36,852 nt of DNA from a bacterium (GTDB taxonomy: Bacteria; Zhuqueibacterota; Zhuqueibacteria; Oceanimicrobiales; Oceanimicrobiaceae), in contig JBHHXN010000036.1 in NCBI GenBank assembly GCA_046757025.1, positions 1 to 36,852 on the forward strand, read 5' to 3'. The notes below the pieces were generated by a model, which had not been told where the DNA came from, did not search any database, and saw nothing but the letters and a program-made list of their open reading frames with translations. How positions within the stretch are numbered: the stretch's first letter is position 1; every line of letters starts with the position of its first letter. Shown in pieces: positions 27,823 to 36,852 of this stretch. Both the position numbers and the translations under genes were made by a program.

Positions 27823-27858
27823 AAAAACGACATCGTGCAAAACGGTGTCGTTTTTTTT
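27823..27858. terminator. Intrinsic terminator (possibly bidirectional)
   Basis: AAAAACGACATCGT-gcaaa-ACGGTGTCGTTTTTTTT. Confidence 0.75.
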
Positions 27859-27914
27859 ATTTGGAATATGGCAAAAAATTTATTAAATTTAGAGTTTATT
27901 AAGGGAGAATTTTT

Positions 27915-28661
27915 ATGTCGGGGCATTCCAAGTGGAGTACCATAAAGCGAAAGAAAGCCAAGGCCGACGCCGAACGTGGCAAGATTTTCACACGCTTGAT
28001 CAAGGATTTAACCCAGACGGCGCGAGAAGGCGGCGGCGATGAATCAGCTAATCCGCGTTTGCGTTCGGCGATTTTAGCAGCCAAGGCGGCCAATATGCCG
28101 GCTGCGAATATCGAGCGTGCCATCAAAAAAGGCACCGGCGAATTGCCCGGCGTGATTTACGAAGAAGGCGTATTGGAAGGCTACGGACCCGGTGGAGTCG
28201 CAATTTATATTGAATTTCTAACCGACAATCGAAAACGGACGGTAGCGGACGTGCGGCATCACCTCAGTAAACATGGCGGCAATTTAGCGGAATCCGGCGC
28301 CGTGGCCTGGATATTTGAAAAGAAAGGTTTGATAATCGTTCCGAAAAAAGATATCGAAGAAGATGACCTGCTGCTCATCGCCATGGATGCCGGAGCGGAA
28401 GACTTGAAAAGCGAAGACGATGTGTTTGAAATCACCACGGCCACCGAAGATCTTGAAAATGTCAAAACCGCTCTGGAAGCCAATGAAATCCGTTATGACT
28501 CGGCTTCCTTGACCATGTACCCGAAAAATACCGTCAAGGTGGAAGGCCAGGATGCAAGCCAGCTTTTGAAAATTATGGATATTTTAGAGGAGCATGAAGA
28601 CGTTCAAAATGTTTATGCAAATTTCGATATCGATGTAGCTGTCTTGGAGCAAATAGAATAA
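27915..28661 (+). CDS. yebC: YebC/PmpR-family protein
   Basis: MSGHSKWSTIKRKK, NPRLR, YEEGVLEGYGPGGVA, TDNRKRT, DVQNVYAN. Confidence 0.95.
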   Translation: MSGHSKWSTIKRKKAKADAERGKIFTRLIKDLTQTAREGGGDESANPRLRSAILAAKAANMPAANIERAIKKGTGELPGVIYEEGVLEGYGPGGVAIYIEFLTDNRKRTVADVRHHLSKHGGNLAESGAVAWIFEKKGLIIVPKKDIEEDDLLLIAMDAGAEDLKSEDDVFEITTATEDLENVKTALEANEIRYDSASLTMYPKNTVKVEGQDASQLLKIMDILEEHEDVQNVYANFDIDVAVLEQIE

Positions 28662-28678
28662 ATGGGGCGTTAGAGGCG

Positions 28679-29158
28679 ATGCGAATACTTGGGGTGGATC
28701 CGGGGACCGTAGTTCTGGGGTATGGCATAATACAAAAAAATGGCAATACTGTTGAAGCATTGGATTTTGGTTGTCTCAAGCTTTCTTCGAAAGAACAATT
28801 TTCACAGCGATTAAAAAAGATCTATGATAAAATCTCATCAGTGATTCAACAATATCAACCGGATGAATTTGCCATCGAAGACGTGTTTTATGCAGAAAAT
28901 GTCAAAGTCGCTTTGAAAATGGGACATGCCAGAGGGGTGGCTATTTTAGCTGCTGTCAACCACCAGATTCCTACCTCGGAATATTCACCAAAAGAAATCA
29001 AGCAATCGACTGTTGGAAACGGTGCGGCCTCTAAAACGCAAGTACAGAGAATGATTCAACATCTGTTAAATCTGCAATCCTTACCTGAACCGTTCGACGT
29101 TTCCGATGCACTCGCGGTAGCGCTGTGTCATTTACATCGTATGGAATCGAAAATATGA
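28679..29158 (+). CDS. ruvC: Holliday junction resolvase RuvC
   Basis: ILGVDPG, AIEDVF, GHARGV, DVSDALAVALCH. Confidence 0.95.
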   Translation: MRILGVDPGTVVLGYGIIQKNGNTVEALDFGCLKLSSKEQFSQRLKKIYDKISSVIQQYQPDEFAIEDVFYAENVKVALKMGHARGVAILAAVNHQIPTSEYSPKEIKQSTVGNGAASKTQVQRMIQHLLNLQSLPEPFDVSDALAVALCHLHRMESKI

Positions 29159-29754
29159 TCGCGCATTTGCAAGGCGTGGTGACCGAAAAAATGCCAACCC
29201 GTATCGTCCTGGACGTCCAGGGGGTGGGTTACGATTTGCTGGTGCCTATTTCCACCTACGAAAAGGTTGGAGAAATCGGTAGTCCGGTCAGACTGTTGAC
29301 TTATTTACAGGTCCGGGAAGACCTGATGCAATTGTTTGGATTTTTCAGCGAAAACGAAAGAACCATGTTCCAGCATTTGATTTCGGTTTCAGGAATTGGA
29401 CCTAAATTAGCGGTTGGGATTCTTTCCGGCTGCAGCGTGGATGAGCTGCAAAAATACATCGTCAATGATGAAGTGCCCATGCTGACGAAATTATCCGGAG
29501 TGGGCAAAAAAACCGCACAGCGTATGGTCATGGAATTGAAAGAAAAGTTAGGAGATGTGGCAAGGGCTACTGACTGGACTTCCTCAGTCATCGCCGATGA
29601 GCAAACGAAGGATAAGATCAGCGAAGCGGTGCTGGCTTTGATTTCGCTGGGTTTCAATAAAAGTCAGGCGCAAAATGTCTTGCTGCCCATCATCAAAGCG
29701 GATAATTCGTTGCCTCTGGATGAGATAATTAAAAAAGCTCTGCAGGTAAAATAA
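29155..29754 (+). CDS. ruvA: Holliday junction branch migration protein RuvA
   Basis: [44 protein letters not shown] overlap with ruvC. Confidence 0.95.
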   Translation: MIAHLQGVVTEKMPTRIVLDVQGVGYDLLVPISTYEKVGEIGSPVRLLTYLQVREDLMQLFGFFSENERTMFQHLISVSGIGPKLAVGILSGCSVDELQKYIVNDEVPMLTKLSGVGKKTAQRMVMELKEKLGDVARATDWTSSVIADEQTKDKISEAVLALISLGFNKSQAQNVLLPIIKADNSLPLDEIIKKALQVK

Positions 29755-29755
29755 C

Positions 29756-30781
29756 ATGATATCAGAAGAACGTCCCACAACACCCGAAAGAATGGACGGA
29801 GAGCTCGAGCTGGATCAAACTTTGCGACCCTTGCGGTTCGAGGATTTTGTGGGTCAGGATAAGCTGAAAGATAACTTGCAGGTGTTTATTGACGCGGCCA
29901 AAGCCCGGGAGGAAGCTCTGGATCACGTGTTGTTTTACGGTCCGCCGGGATTGGGTAAAACCACGTTATCGAATATTATCGCCAATGAGTTAGAGGTAAA
30001 CATCAAAACCACCTCCGGCCCGGCGCTGGAAAAACCCGCAGACCTCGCGGGTCTGCTGACAAATTTAAGCGAAAGCGATGTGCTGTTTATCGATGAAATT
30101 CATCGATTGAACCGCGTGGTGGAAGAGTATTTATATCCTGCTATGGAAGACTATAAACTGGACATCATCATCGATCGCGGTGTGAACGCGCGCTCCATTC
30201 AGATTCAACTTCCGAAATTCACTTTGATAGGCGCCACCACCCGTGCAGGGCTTCTGACTTCACCTTTGCGATCTCGTTTTGGGGTGGTGAACCGATTGGA
30301 TTTTTATGAGCCAGAGCAATTGTACCGTATCATCATTCGCTCAGCGAAAATCCTGGAAGTGGAAATTCAGGAAACGGCCGGTCTGGAAATCGCCAGACGG
30401 TCACGCGGCACACCGCGCATTGCCAATCGGCTGTTGCGCCGCATTCGCGATTTTGCGCAGATTGAAGGCGACGGAAAAATCGACAAAGAAATCGCCCAAA
30501 ACGCCCTCCAGCGCCTGGATGTGGATGAGCGCGGCCTCGATGATATGGATAAACGCATTCTCAAGATCCTCATCGAAAAGTTCAATGGCGGCCCGGTGGG
30601 AATTAATACACTGGCCGTGGCCGTGGGTGAACAGGGCGAAACCTTGGAAGAAATTTATGAGCCGTTTCTCATACAGGAAGGATTGCTCAAAAGAACTCCC
30701 CGGGGTCGGGAAGCCACTGAGACGACTTATCGTCATTTTGGTTTAACAAAACAAAAGCAGTTTCAAGAAAAATTATTTTAA
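29756..30781 (+). CDS. ruvB: Holliday junction branch migration helicase RuvB
   Basis: [49 protein letters not shown]. Confidence 0.97.
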   Translation: MISEERPTTPERMDGELELDQTLRPLRFEDFVGQDKLKDNLQVFIDAAKAREEALDHVLFYGPPGLGKTTLSNIIANELEVNIKTTSGPALEKPADLAGLLTNLSESDVLFIDEIHRLNRVVEEYLYPAMEDYKLDIIIDRGVNARSIQIQLPKFTLIGATTRAGLLTSPLRSRFGVVNRLDFYEPEQLYRIIIRSAKILEVEIQETAGLEIARRSRGTPRIANRLLRRIRDFAQIEGDGKIDKEIAQNALQRLDVDERGLDDMDKRILKILIEKFNGGPVGINTLAVAVGEQGETLEEIYEPFLIQEGLLKRTPRGREATETTYRHFGLTKQKQFQEKLF

Positions 30782-30811
30782 AATACCAATGAGGTTTAAG
30801 GGAGTGATTAT

Positions 30812-31840
30812 ATGAAACTTACGGATTTTAAGTACAAATTACCTGAAAAGTTGATAGCTCAATATCCTGCCAAGAAGCGGGATCAGTCTCGATTGATGGT
30901 GCTTAACCGGGAAACAGAGACGATTGAGCAAAAAGTATTTTCCGATGCAGTAGAGTATTTTAACAAAGGGGATTGCTTGGTTATCAATGAAACTAAAGTG
31001 TTTCCGGCCAGGTTAATGGGTACTAAAGATAAAACGGATGCTGAGGTTGAAATTTTTCTACTGCGAGAGCTGGAAAATGGATTGTGGGAAGTTCTGGTGA
31101 AGCCGGCGCGCAAAGTGAGGGTCGGCAACAGACTATCGGTAAACAGCAAGCTGTATTGTGATGTCATCGACAATACCGTGTCCGGCGGACGGGTGGTCAG
31201 ATTCAATTACATCGGCGACTTTTTTGAGATCGTGGATGAAATTGGACAGTCACCGCTGCCGCCGTACATCCACCGCGACCCGGAACCTTCAGACAAGGAG
31301 CGCTACCAGACGGTCTTTTCCCGCGTCAGGGGGGCAGTTGCGGCGCCAACTGCCGGCTTGCATTTTACCAAAGAGCTGTTGAAGAAAATCGAAAAAAAAG
31401 GAGTAAAAATAGCTCCGATTGTACTGCATCTCGGATTGGGAAGCTTCAGACCCGTAGTGGTAGAAGATTTGAGCCGGCATAAAATGGATTCGGAATATTA
31501 TGAAGTGACCAGCGAAACCGCGGACGTGGTCAATCGCAGCCGGGCAGAGGGTGGACGTGTATTTGCCGTGGGAACCAGCACAGCCCGGGCACTGGAGTCC
31601 AGCATTACATCCGAGAATCTGGCGAAAGCGTCCCAAGGATGGACGGATAAATTTATCTTTCCACCGTATGAATTTAAAATCGTGGATTGTTTGTTTACGA
31701 ATTTCCACCTGCCATCATCTACGTTGCTGATGTTGGTATGCGCCTTTGCCAACAGGGATTTTATATTTAAAGCCTATCGCAAGGCGATTCGAGAAAAATA
31801 TCGCTTTTATAGTTATGGCGATTCTATGTTAATTATGTAG
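30812..31840 (+). CDS. queA: S-adenosylmethionine:tRNA ribosyltransferase-isomerase
   Basis: LPEKLIAQYP, PLPPYI, YQTVF, AAPTAGLHF, TNFHLPSSTL, YRFYSYGD. Confidence 0.96.
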   Translation: MKLTDFKYKLPEKLIAQYPAKKRDQSRLMVLNRETETIEQKVFSDAVEYFNKGDCLVINETKVFPARLMGTKDKTDAEVEIFLLRELENGLWEVLVKPARKVRVGNRLSVNSKLYCDVIDNTVSGGRVVRFNYIGDFFEIVDEIGQSPLPPYIHRDPEPSDKERYQTVFSRVRGAVAAPTAGLHFTKELLKKIEKKGVKIAPIVLHLGLGSFRPVVVEDLSRHKMDSEYYEVTSETADVVNRSRAEGGRVFAVGTSTARALESSITSENLAKASQGWTDKFIFPPYEFKIVDCLFTNFHLPSSTLLMLVCAFANRDFIFKAYRKAIREKYRFYSYGDSMLIM

Positions 31841-31859
31841 CAGGACAGAGACCAAATTT

Positions 31860-32543
31860 TTGTTAGTTTCAGCTATCATTGTTGCGGCTGGTTCGGGACT
31901 GCGAATGGGCGGTGCCATTCCAAAGCAATTTCAATTGCTCGAAGGTTTGCCCATTCTTTATTATACGTTAAAGCGATTTGAAGCATGCAATGCCGTCGAT
32001 GAAGTGGTGATCGTGGCAGCCAAAGAATGGCTCTCGTTCGTTTCCCAGGAAATTGTTGACCGGTTCAATTTTACAAAAGTTCGAAAAATTGTAGCTGGCG
32101 GTTTAAAACGGCAGGATTCGGTTTATTGCGGAATTAAAGCTTTGGTGGATGCTCCGGATATTACCGTCGTGCACGATGCAGTCAGGCCGTTTGTTACGCC
32201 AGAAAAAATTACCGAAGCCGTCACAATTTGTAAAAAACATGCAGGAGTTATTTTGGCTGTGCCGCCCAAAGATACCATAAAAGTTGAAAAGGCTGGGTTT
32301 GTTGAGAAAACCCCCGCGCGGGATATTCTAAGGTCTGTTCAAACTCCGCAGGTATTCAAACACCATGTGCTGCGCCAGGCTCATGAGAAAGCTATTGAGT
32401 GCGGTATTTACCTGACCGATGATTCAGCCCTGGTGGAAAGATTGGGATATCCCGTGAAGATCATAGAAGGGGATGATAAAAATATCAAGATCACCGAACC
32501 GTACGATCTGAAGTTAGCCGAAGTCATTTTAAATACAGATTAG
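31860..32543 (+). CDS. ispD: 2-C-methyl-D-erythritol 4-phosphate cytidylyltransferase
   Basis: AAGSGLRMG, PKQF, RQDSV, VHDAVRPF, QTPQ, TDD, NIKIT. Confidence 0.95.
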   Translation: MLVSAIIVAAGSGLRMGGAIPKQFQLLEGLPILYYTLKRFEACNAVDEVVIVAAKEWLSFVSQEIVDRFNFTKVRKIVAGGLKRQDSVYCGIKALVDAPDITVVHDAVRPFVTPEKITEAVTICKKHAGVILAVPPKDTIKVEKAGFVEKTPARDILRSVQTPQVFKHHVLRQAHEKAIECGIYLTDDSALVERLGYPVKIIEGDDKNIKITEPYDLKLAEVILNTD

Positions 32544-32546
32544 AAA

Positions 32547-33032
32547 ATGCGAATTGGATTTGGATACGACGTGCATCAATTTGTTTCGGGCCATAAGCTG
32601 GTTTTAGGGGGCGTGACGATTCCGTATGAAAAAGGCCTGCTCGGCCATTCGGACGCGGATGCGCTTTGCCATGCCATTGGCGATGCCTTGTTGGGAAGCG
32701 CTGCTCTCGGCGATTTGGGCAAACATTTTCCCGACAACGATGAGCAGTTCGCCGGCATATCCAGTTTACTCTTGCTCAAAGAAATCCATAAAATGCTGGT
32801 GAAACATGATTTCGTGATAAACAATATCGATTCCACTCTCATTTTAGAAAAACCTAAATTGCTACCATATATTGCACAGATGCGAAAAAACATCGCAGAC
32901 TCTCTTTCTTTGAAGGAATCTCAGGTCTCGGTTAAAGCGACCACCTCGGAAAAATTAGGTTTCATCGGCGCCGGCAAAGGTCTGGCGGCGCATGCATGCG
33001 TACTCATCCAAAAAGGAGAAAGGAATCGATAA
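32547..33032 (+). CDS. ispF: 2-C-methyl-D-erythritol 2,4-cyclodiphosphate synthase
   Basis: RIGFGYDVH, GHSDAD, GDLGKHFP, VKATTSEKLGF. Confidence 0.96.
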   Translation: MRIGFGYDVHQFVSGHKLVLGGVTIPYEKGLLGHSDADALCHAIGDALLGSAALGDLGKHFPDNDEQFAGISSLLLLKEIHKMLVKHDFVINNIDSTLILEKPKLLPYIAQMRKNIADSLSLKESQVSVKATTSEKLGFIGAGKGLAAHACVLIQKGERNR

Positions 33033-33037
33033 CCCCT

Positions 33038-34465
33038 ATGACTCGCTTACGATTCGCCCCCAGCCCCACGGGATTTTTACACATTGGCAACGCCCGCACG
33101 GCGATTTTAAATTGGATTTATGCTCAAAAAAGTCAAGGGAAGTTTATATTAAGAATTGAAGACACCGATCGCGAACGCTCTAAAAAGTCGTTCGAGGAAG
33201 CCATCCTGGCCGATCTGAAATGGCTGGGCCTGGATTGGGATGAAGGGCCGGACATCGGTGGCAGTTTTGGTCCGTACCGCCAATCTGAACGGCTGGAAAT
33301 CTACGCAGAGCATGTTAAATTGCTGCACCAGCGGAAAAAAGCCTATCCTTGCTTTTGCAGCAACGAAGAGCTGGAGGCGAAAAGAAAAAAAGCCCTTGCG
33401 CAAGGCAAAGATCCGCGTTATGACCGCACTTGCTTGAAATTGTCGGAAACAGAAAAGCAGGCTTTTAAAGACGCCGGTCGTCAGCCGGTGTGGCGGTTAG
33501 CTGTGCGGCCAGGCGTCATTGAATGGAACGATTTATTGAAAGGTCGATTGAGATTTGATGGCGAAAATTTGAGCGACTTTATTTTGCTGCGTTCGGACGG
33601 CATTCCCACTTATAATTTTGCGGCTGCGGTGGATGATGCAACCATGAAAATTACCCACGTGGTGCGCGGCGACGACCACGTGTCCAACACGCCCAAACAA
33701 CTGCTGATCTACGAAGCCCTGAGCGTGGAAGCGCCGCAATTTTGCCACATTCCCATGATTCTAGGGGGAGACCGTGCCCGGCTTTCAAAGCGCCACGGCG
33801 CGACCTCTGTGGCAGAATATAAAAAGCAGGGCTATTTGCCGCATGCTTTGATCAACTTCCTCAGTTTGTTGAGCTGGTCTTCGGAATCGGGCGATGAGAT
33901 TTTAACATTAGAGCGATTGGTGAGTGAGTTTGAATTTGAGAGAATGTCCAAATCGCCGGCCATATTTGACACCACGAAACTGAATTGGATGAATGGCCAT
34001 TATCTTCGAAATCTCAGTTTAGATGAATTGCTGCAATTGGCCCAACCGTATTTACAGAACGTGGACTTTGATTTGGGCGATTCAGAAAAAGTAAAAAAAA
34101 TCGTGTCGGTGGTTCGGAATAGTCTGGAAACCTTAAGCCAACTGCCACAGGCCACGGAACCCTTTTATCGGGACATGGTACAGCCCGCGGATGGGCAGGC
34201 CATTGCGATTTCCTCGAAGGATGGTTCGCAAAAAATTTATTGGGCATTTTTACGCAACCTCAAGCATTTCGATGAATTGAACGAGCAATCTTTTCGCATG
34301 ATCATGAAACAAGTGCAGCAGGAAACGGGTATTCTCGGCAAGGATCTCTGGGTACCCATTCGCGTTGCGCTGACGGGACAGATTCATGGTCCGGAACTGC
34401 CAAAAGTTGCCGCTATTTTAGGTAAAGAAAAGTGCCAGAAATTTATCAGAAATTTGATCGATTAG
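33038..34465 (+). CDS. gltX: Glutamate--tRNA ligase
   Basis: RFAPSPTGFLHIGN, LRIEDTD, YRQSER, RGDDH, LSKRHG. Confidence 0.95.
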   Translation: MTRLRFAPSPTGFLHIGNARTAILNWIYAQKSQGKFILRIEDTDRERSKKSFEEAILADLKWLGLDWDEGPDIGGSFGPYRQSERLEIYAEHVKLLHQRKKAYPCFCSNEELEAKRKKALAQGKDPRYDRTCLKLSETEKQAFKDAGRQPVWRLAVRPGVIEWNDLLKGRLRFDGENLSDFILLRSDGIPTYNFAAAVDDATMKITHVVRGDDHVSNTPKQLLIYEALSVEAPQFCHIPMILGGDRARLSKRHGATSVAEYKKQGYLPHALINFLSLLSWSSESGDEILTLERLVSEFEFERMSKSPAIFDTTKLNWMNGHYLRNLSLDELLQLAQPYLQNVDFDLGDSEKVKKIVSVVRNSLETLSQLPQATEPFYRDMVQPADGQAIAISSKDGSQKIYWAFLRNLKHFDELNEQSFRMIMKQVQQETGILGKDLWVPIRVALTGQIHGPELPKVAAILGKEKCQKFIRNLID

Positions 34466-34490
34466 ACTTGGAGTTTTTAAGAGTGCAAAT

Positions 34491-35939
34491 ATGGCCTTAA
34501 AATTATACAACACGCTCACTAAACGTAAAGAAACGTTTGTTCCGTTAGAGCCAGGAAAAGTTAAATTTTACATGTGCGGCCCCACTGTTTACGATTATAT
34601 TCACATTGGTAACGCACGGGCGTTTGTAGTGTTTGATGTGTTGCGGCGATTTTTGCAATTCTTGCAATACGATGTCACTTACGTAATGAATTTGACAGAC
34701 ATCGATGATCGCATCATCGAACGGGCCATTCGAGATAAAATTGACACCCAACAAGTGACTGAAAAATACACTCGAGAATTTTTCGAGGATTTGAAATCCC
34801 TGGGTGTGTTGGAAGCGGATATCCATCCCAAGGCCACCGAGCATGTGGATGAGATCATCGCGCTGATCAATCGCTTGATGGAGCGGGGGATGGCGTATCA
34901 AGTGAATGGGGATGTCTATTTCAAAGTGAAGGCCTTTGCAGAGTACGGCAGGCTTTCCGGCAAAAAGATCGCGGACCTGCAGGCAGGAGCCCGCATCGAA
35001 GTGGATGAAAAAAAACAGAGCCCGATGGATTTTGCCCTCTGGAAAAGTCAAAAGCCCGGGGAACCCGCCTGGGACAGTCCCTGGGGAAAAGGGCGTCCCG
35101 GCTGGCACATCGAATGTTCTGCCATGTCCATGAATTATTTAGGTGAGAATTTCGACATTCATGCCGGCGGAATCGATCTGGTTTTTCCGCATCATGAAAA
35201 TGAAATCGCTCAGAGCGAAGGCGCCACGGGAAAAACTTTTGTTAGATACTGGCTGCACAACGGCTTCTTGGAAATCGACGGGGATAAAATGGCCAAATCC
35301 CTGGGTAATTTCAAAACGGTACGGGAGGTTACTCAAAAATATTCGGGGAAAGTGATTAGGTTATATTTTCTACAAAAACATTATCGTGGCCCCATTGATT
35401 TTACCAAAGAAGGATTGGAATCGGCGAAAAGTGCGGCCGCACGCTTAAAAATATTTTACCAAAATTTGAAAAAAGCGGTTGGTGATCAGGAGACTTCGAT
35501 TGCGCGACTGGATGAGAACAACTTGAATAACGAAGAAAAAGACTTTGTAAATGCGATTAAAAATTTACAAAGTGAACTGGTGTCAGCCATGGAAGATGAT
35601 TTGAACACCCCCGCCGCCCTGTCTGCGTTTTTTGATATGGTTCGTGAAAGCAATAAATTATTGTCAAAAGAGTCGTTCACCGATAGCGAACAGCAGATTC
35701 TGATTTGGCTTCAAAGCGAATTTGACCAATTGGACACGATTTTTGGGATCATCGACAAAAACGAGCAAACCCAGGATTTAGGTCTGATTGAGGAATTAAT
35801 TCAGTTGTTGCTCGATATCAGAAAAGAATTGCGTGAGGAGAAAATTTGGAATCTCGCAGATAAGATTCGCGATGAATTAAATAACAAAGGCGTCGTTTTA
35901 GAAGACAAAAATGATCGTACAAGTTGGAGGTTCAAATGA
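34491..35939 (+). CDS. cysS: Cysteine--tRNA ligase
   Basis: CGPTVY, HIGNAR, DFALWK, GRPGWHIECSAM, FPHHENE, KMAKS. Confidence 0.97.
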   Translation: MALKLYNTLTKRKETFVPLEPGKVKFYMCGPTVYDYIHIGNARAFVVFDVLRRFLQFLQYDVTYVMNLTDIDDRIIERAIRDKIDTQQVTEKYTREFFEDLKSLGVLEADIHPKATEHVDEIIALINRLMERGMAYQVNGDVYFKVKAFAEYGRLSGKKIADLQAGARIEVDEKKQSPMDFALWKSQKPGEPAWDSPWGKGRPGWHIECSAMSMNYLGENFDIHAGGIDLVFPHHENEIAQSEGATGKTFVRYWLHNGFLEIDGDKMAKSLGNFKTVREVTQKYSGKVIRLYFLQKHYRGPIDFTKEGLESAKSAAARLKIFYQNLKKAVGDQETSIARLDENNLNNEEKDFVNAIKNLQSELVSAMEDDLNTPAALSAFFDMVRESNKLLSKESFTDSEQQILIWLQSEFDQLDTIFGIIDKNEQTQDLGLIEELIQLLLDIRKELREEKIWNLADKIRDELNNKGVVLEDKNDRTSWRFK

Positions 35940-35964
35940 TTTTTAAATTCTCAACAAAAAAAAC

Positions 35965-35994
35965 TTGACAATTGTAATTTTATTTATATATTAT
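35965..35994 (+). promoter_or_regulatory. sigma70 promoter of the tRNA operon
   Basis: A-tract followed by TTGACA (35965-35970), then TATATT (35987-35992) / TATTAT (35989-35994). Confidence 0.65.
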
Positions 35995-36061
35995 AAGGCT
36001 GTATTTTATTTAAAAATAACCTGTTTTTGATAATTTAAGCTACTGATATTAATACTTTTGC

Positions 36062-36134
36062 GCCACCATAGCTCAGATGGTAGAGCACCTCACTTGTAAT
36101 GAGGATGTCGCGGGTTCGATTCCTGCTGGTGGCT
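36062..36134 (+). tRNA. tRNA-Thr(TGT)
   Basis: Acceptor GCCACCA/TGGTGGC; anticodon arm CCTCA-CT TGT AA-TGAGG; GGTTCGATTCC T-arm. Confidence 0.96.
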
Positions 36135-36150
36135 CTTTTTTGTATTAAAT

Positions 36151-36235
36151 GGAGAGGTTCCCGAGTGGCCAAAGGGATCAGACTGTAAATCTGACGGCAC
36201 AGCCTTCGGAGGTTCGAATCCTCCCCTCTCCACCA
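36151..36235 (+). tRNA. tRNA-Tyr(GTA)
   Basis: Acceptor GGAGAGG/CCTCTCC; TCAGA-CT GTA AA-TCTGA; long variable arm; CCA encoded. Confidence 0.97.
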
Positions 36236-36396
36236 AAAGAAAGAAAAACGGTTCTTTGATTTTTTATCTGGCGGGCAAAATATTGAAAGAGTAACGAGGG
36301 GTGGTTGGATCAAAAACCCGGATACTTTTTGTTGGTCGAGTCATCCCGAGCGCGGTTCGGGATTGGTCGCCGTTCGCCGGCAGCGGATTACAAACT

Positions 36397-36469
36397 GCGG
36401 GAGTAACTCAGTTGGTAGAGTCACAGCCTTCCAAGCTGTTGGTCGCGGGTTCGAGTCCCGTCTCCCGCT
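36397..36469 (+). tRNA. tRNA-Gly(TCC)
   Basis: Acceptor GCGGGAG/CTCCCGC; CAGC-CT TCC AA-GCTG. Confidence 0.96.
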
Positions 36470-36483
36470 CAGAAGCTGGACTG

Positions 36484-36556
36484 GCCCACGTAGCTCAGTC
36501 GGTAGAGCACATCCTTGGTAAGGATGAGGTCACCGGTTCAATCCCGGTCGTGGGCT
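36484..36556 (+). tRNA. tRNA-Thr(GGT)
   Basis: Acceptor GCCCACG/CGTGGGC; ATCC-TT GGT AA-GGAT. Confidence 0.96.
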
Positions 36557-36606
36557 CTTGTTCTTATAATCAATAGAAAAAACAATTAAACGTAGAAAAA
36601 GTTAAA

Positions 36607-36756
36607 ATGCGTCAATTAGTTATTTTAGAATGTACGGGTTGTAAGCAAAGGAATTATACGACAACTAAAAATAAAACCAAACACTCCGGCCGGGTCGAAT
36701 ATAAAAAATATTGTCCTTTTTGCAACAAACACACCATGCATAAAGAAACCCGGTAA
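36607..36756 (+). CDS. rpmG: 50S ribosomal protein L33 (Zn-binding form), below the ORF-track cutoff
   Basis: [49 protein letters not shown]. Confidence 0.96.
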   Translation: MRQLVILECTGCKQRNYTTTKNKTKHSGRVEYKKYCPFCNKHTMHKETR

Positions 36757-36778
36757 GATCCGAGGAAAAAACTGAATT

Positions 36779-36851
36779 AGGTGAGTAGCTCAACTGGTAG
36801 AGCACTGGTCTCCAAAACCAGCGGCTGCGGGTTCAAGTCCTGCCTCACCTG
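36779..36851 (+). tRNA. tRNA-Trp(CCA)
   Basis: Acceptor AGGTGAG/CTCACCT; CTGGT-CT CCA AA-ACCAG; follows rpmG as in the canonical locus. Confidence 0.95.
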
Positions 36852-36852
36852 C

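Noticed and set aside
36035..36576. ORFs 36035-36313 (-) and 36301-36576 (+)
   Set aside because: Overlap clear tRNA genes.
36062..36851. Integrative element at the tRNA genes
   Set aside because: No integrase and no duplicated tRNA 3' end found in the window.

Overview
Bacterial chromosomal window of mostly housekeeping and metabolic genes. The gene order resembles FCB-group lineages such as KSB1/Calditrichota (inference only). Left to right: a 5'-truncated Type III-like DNA methyltransferase with an intein carrying a DUF559/Vsr-like nuclease; recQ; dodecin; a STAS protein and a biotin carboxylase; a CmcI-family methyltransferase; meaB plus a two-subunit B12 acyl-CoA mutase with isobutyryl-CoA-mutase signature residues; a CysM / JAB protease / fused CysO-MoeZ sulfur-carrier cysteine operon; a minus-strand block (M28 peptidase, lipoprotein, small RAPP-ending ORF); a FadR-fadJ-acyl-CoA dehydrogenase-etfBA fatty-acid block; yebC-ruvCAB-queA-ispDF-gltX-cysS; five tRNAs and rpmG. 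The best candidate for an undescribed system is an unannotated Cys-rich leader ORF (11838/11895-11933, ...MMLCCCKKRCGL). Its 3' end can sequester the 5' arm of an intrinsic terminator upstream of the cysteine operon, which is the layout of a cysteine-sensing ribosomal transcription attenuator. Other highlights are the intein with a nuclease at a non-canonical position, the CysO-MoeZ fusion that would need cleavage, a candidate RAPP arrest peptide, and nested MITE/REP elements. All calls come from reading motifs by eye; no searches were run.
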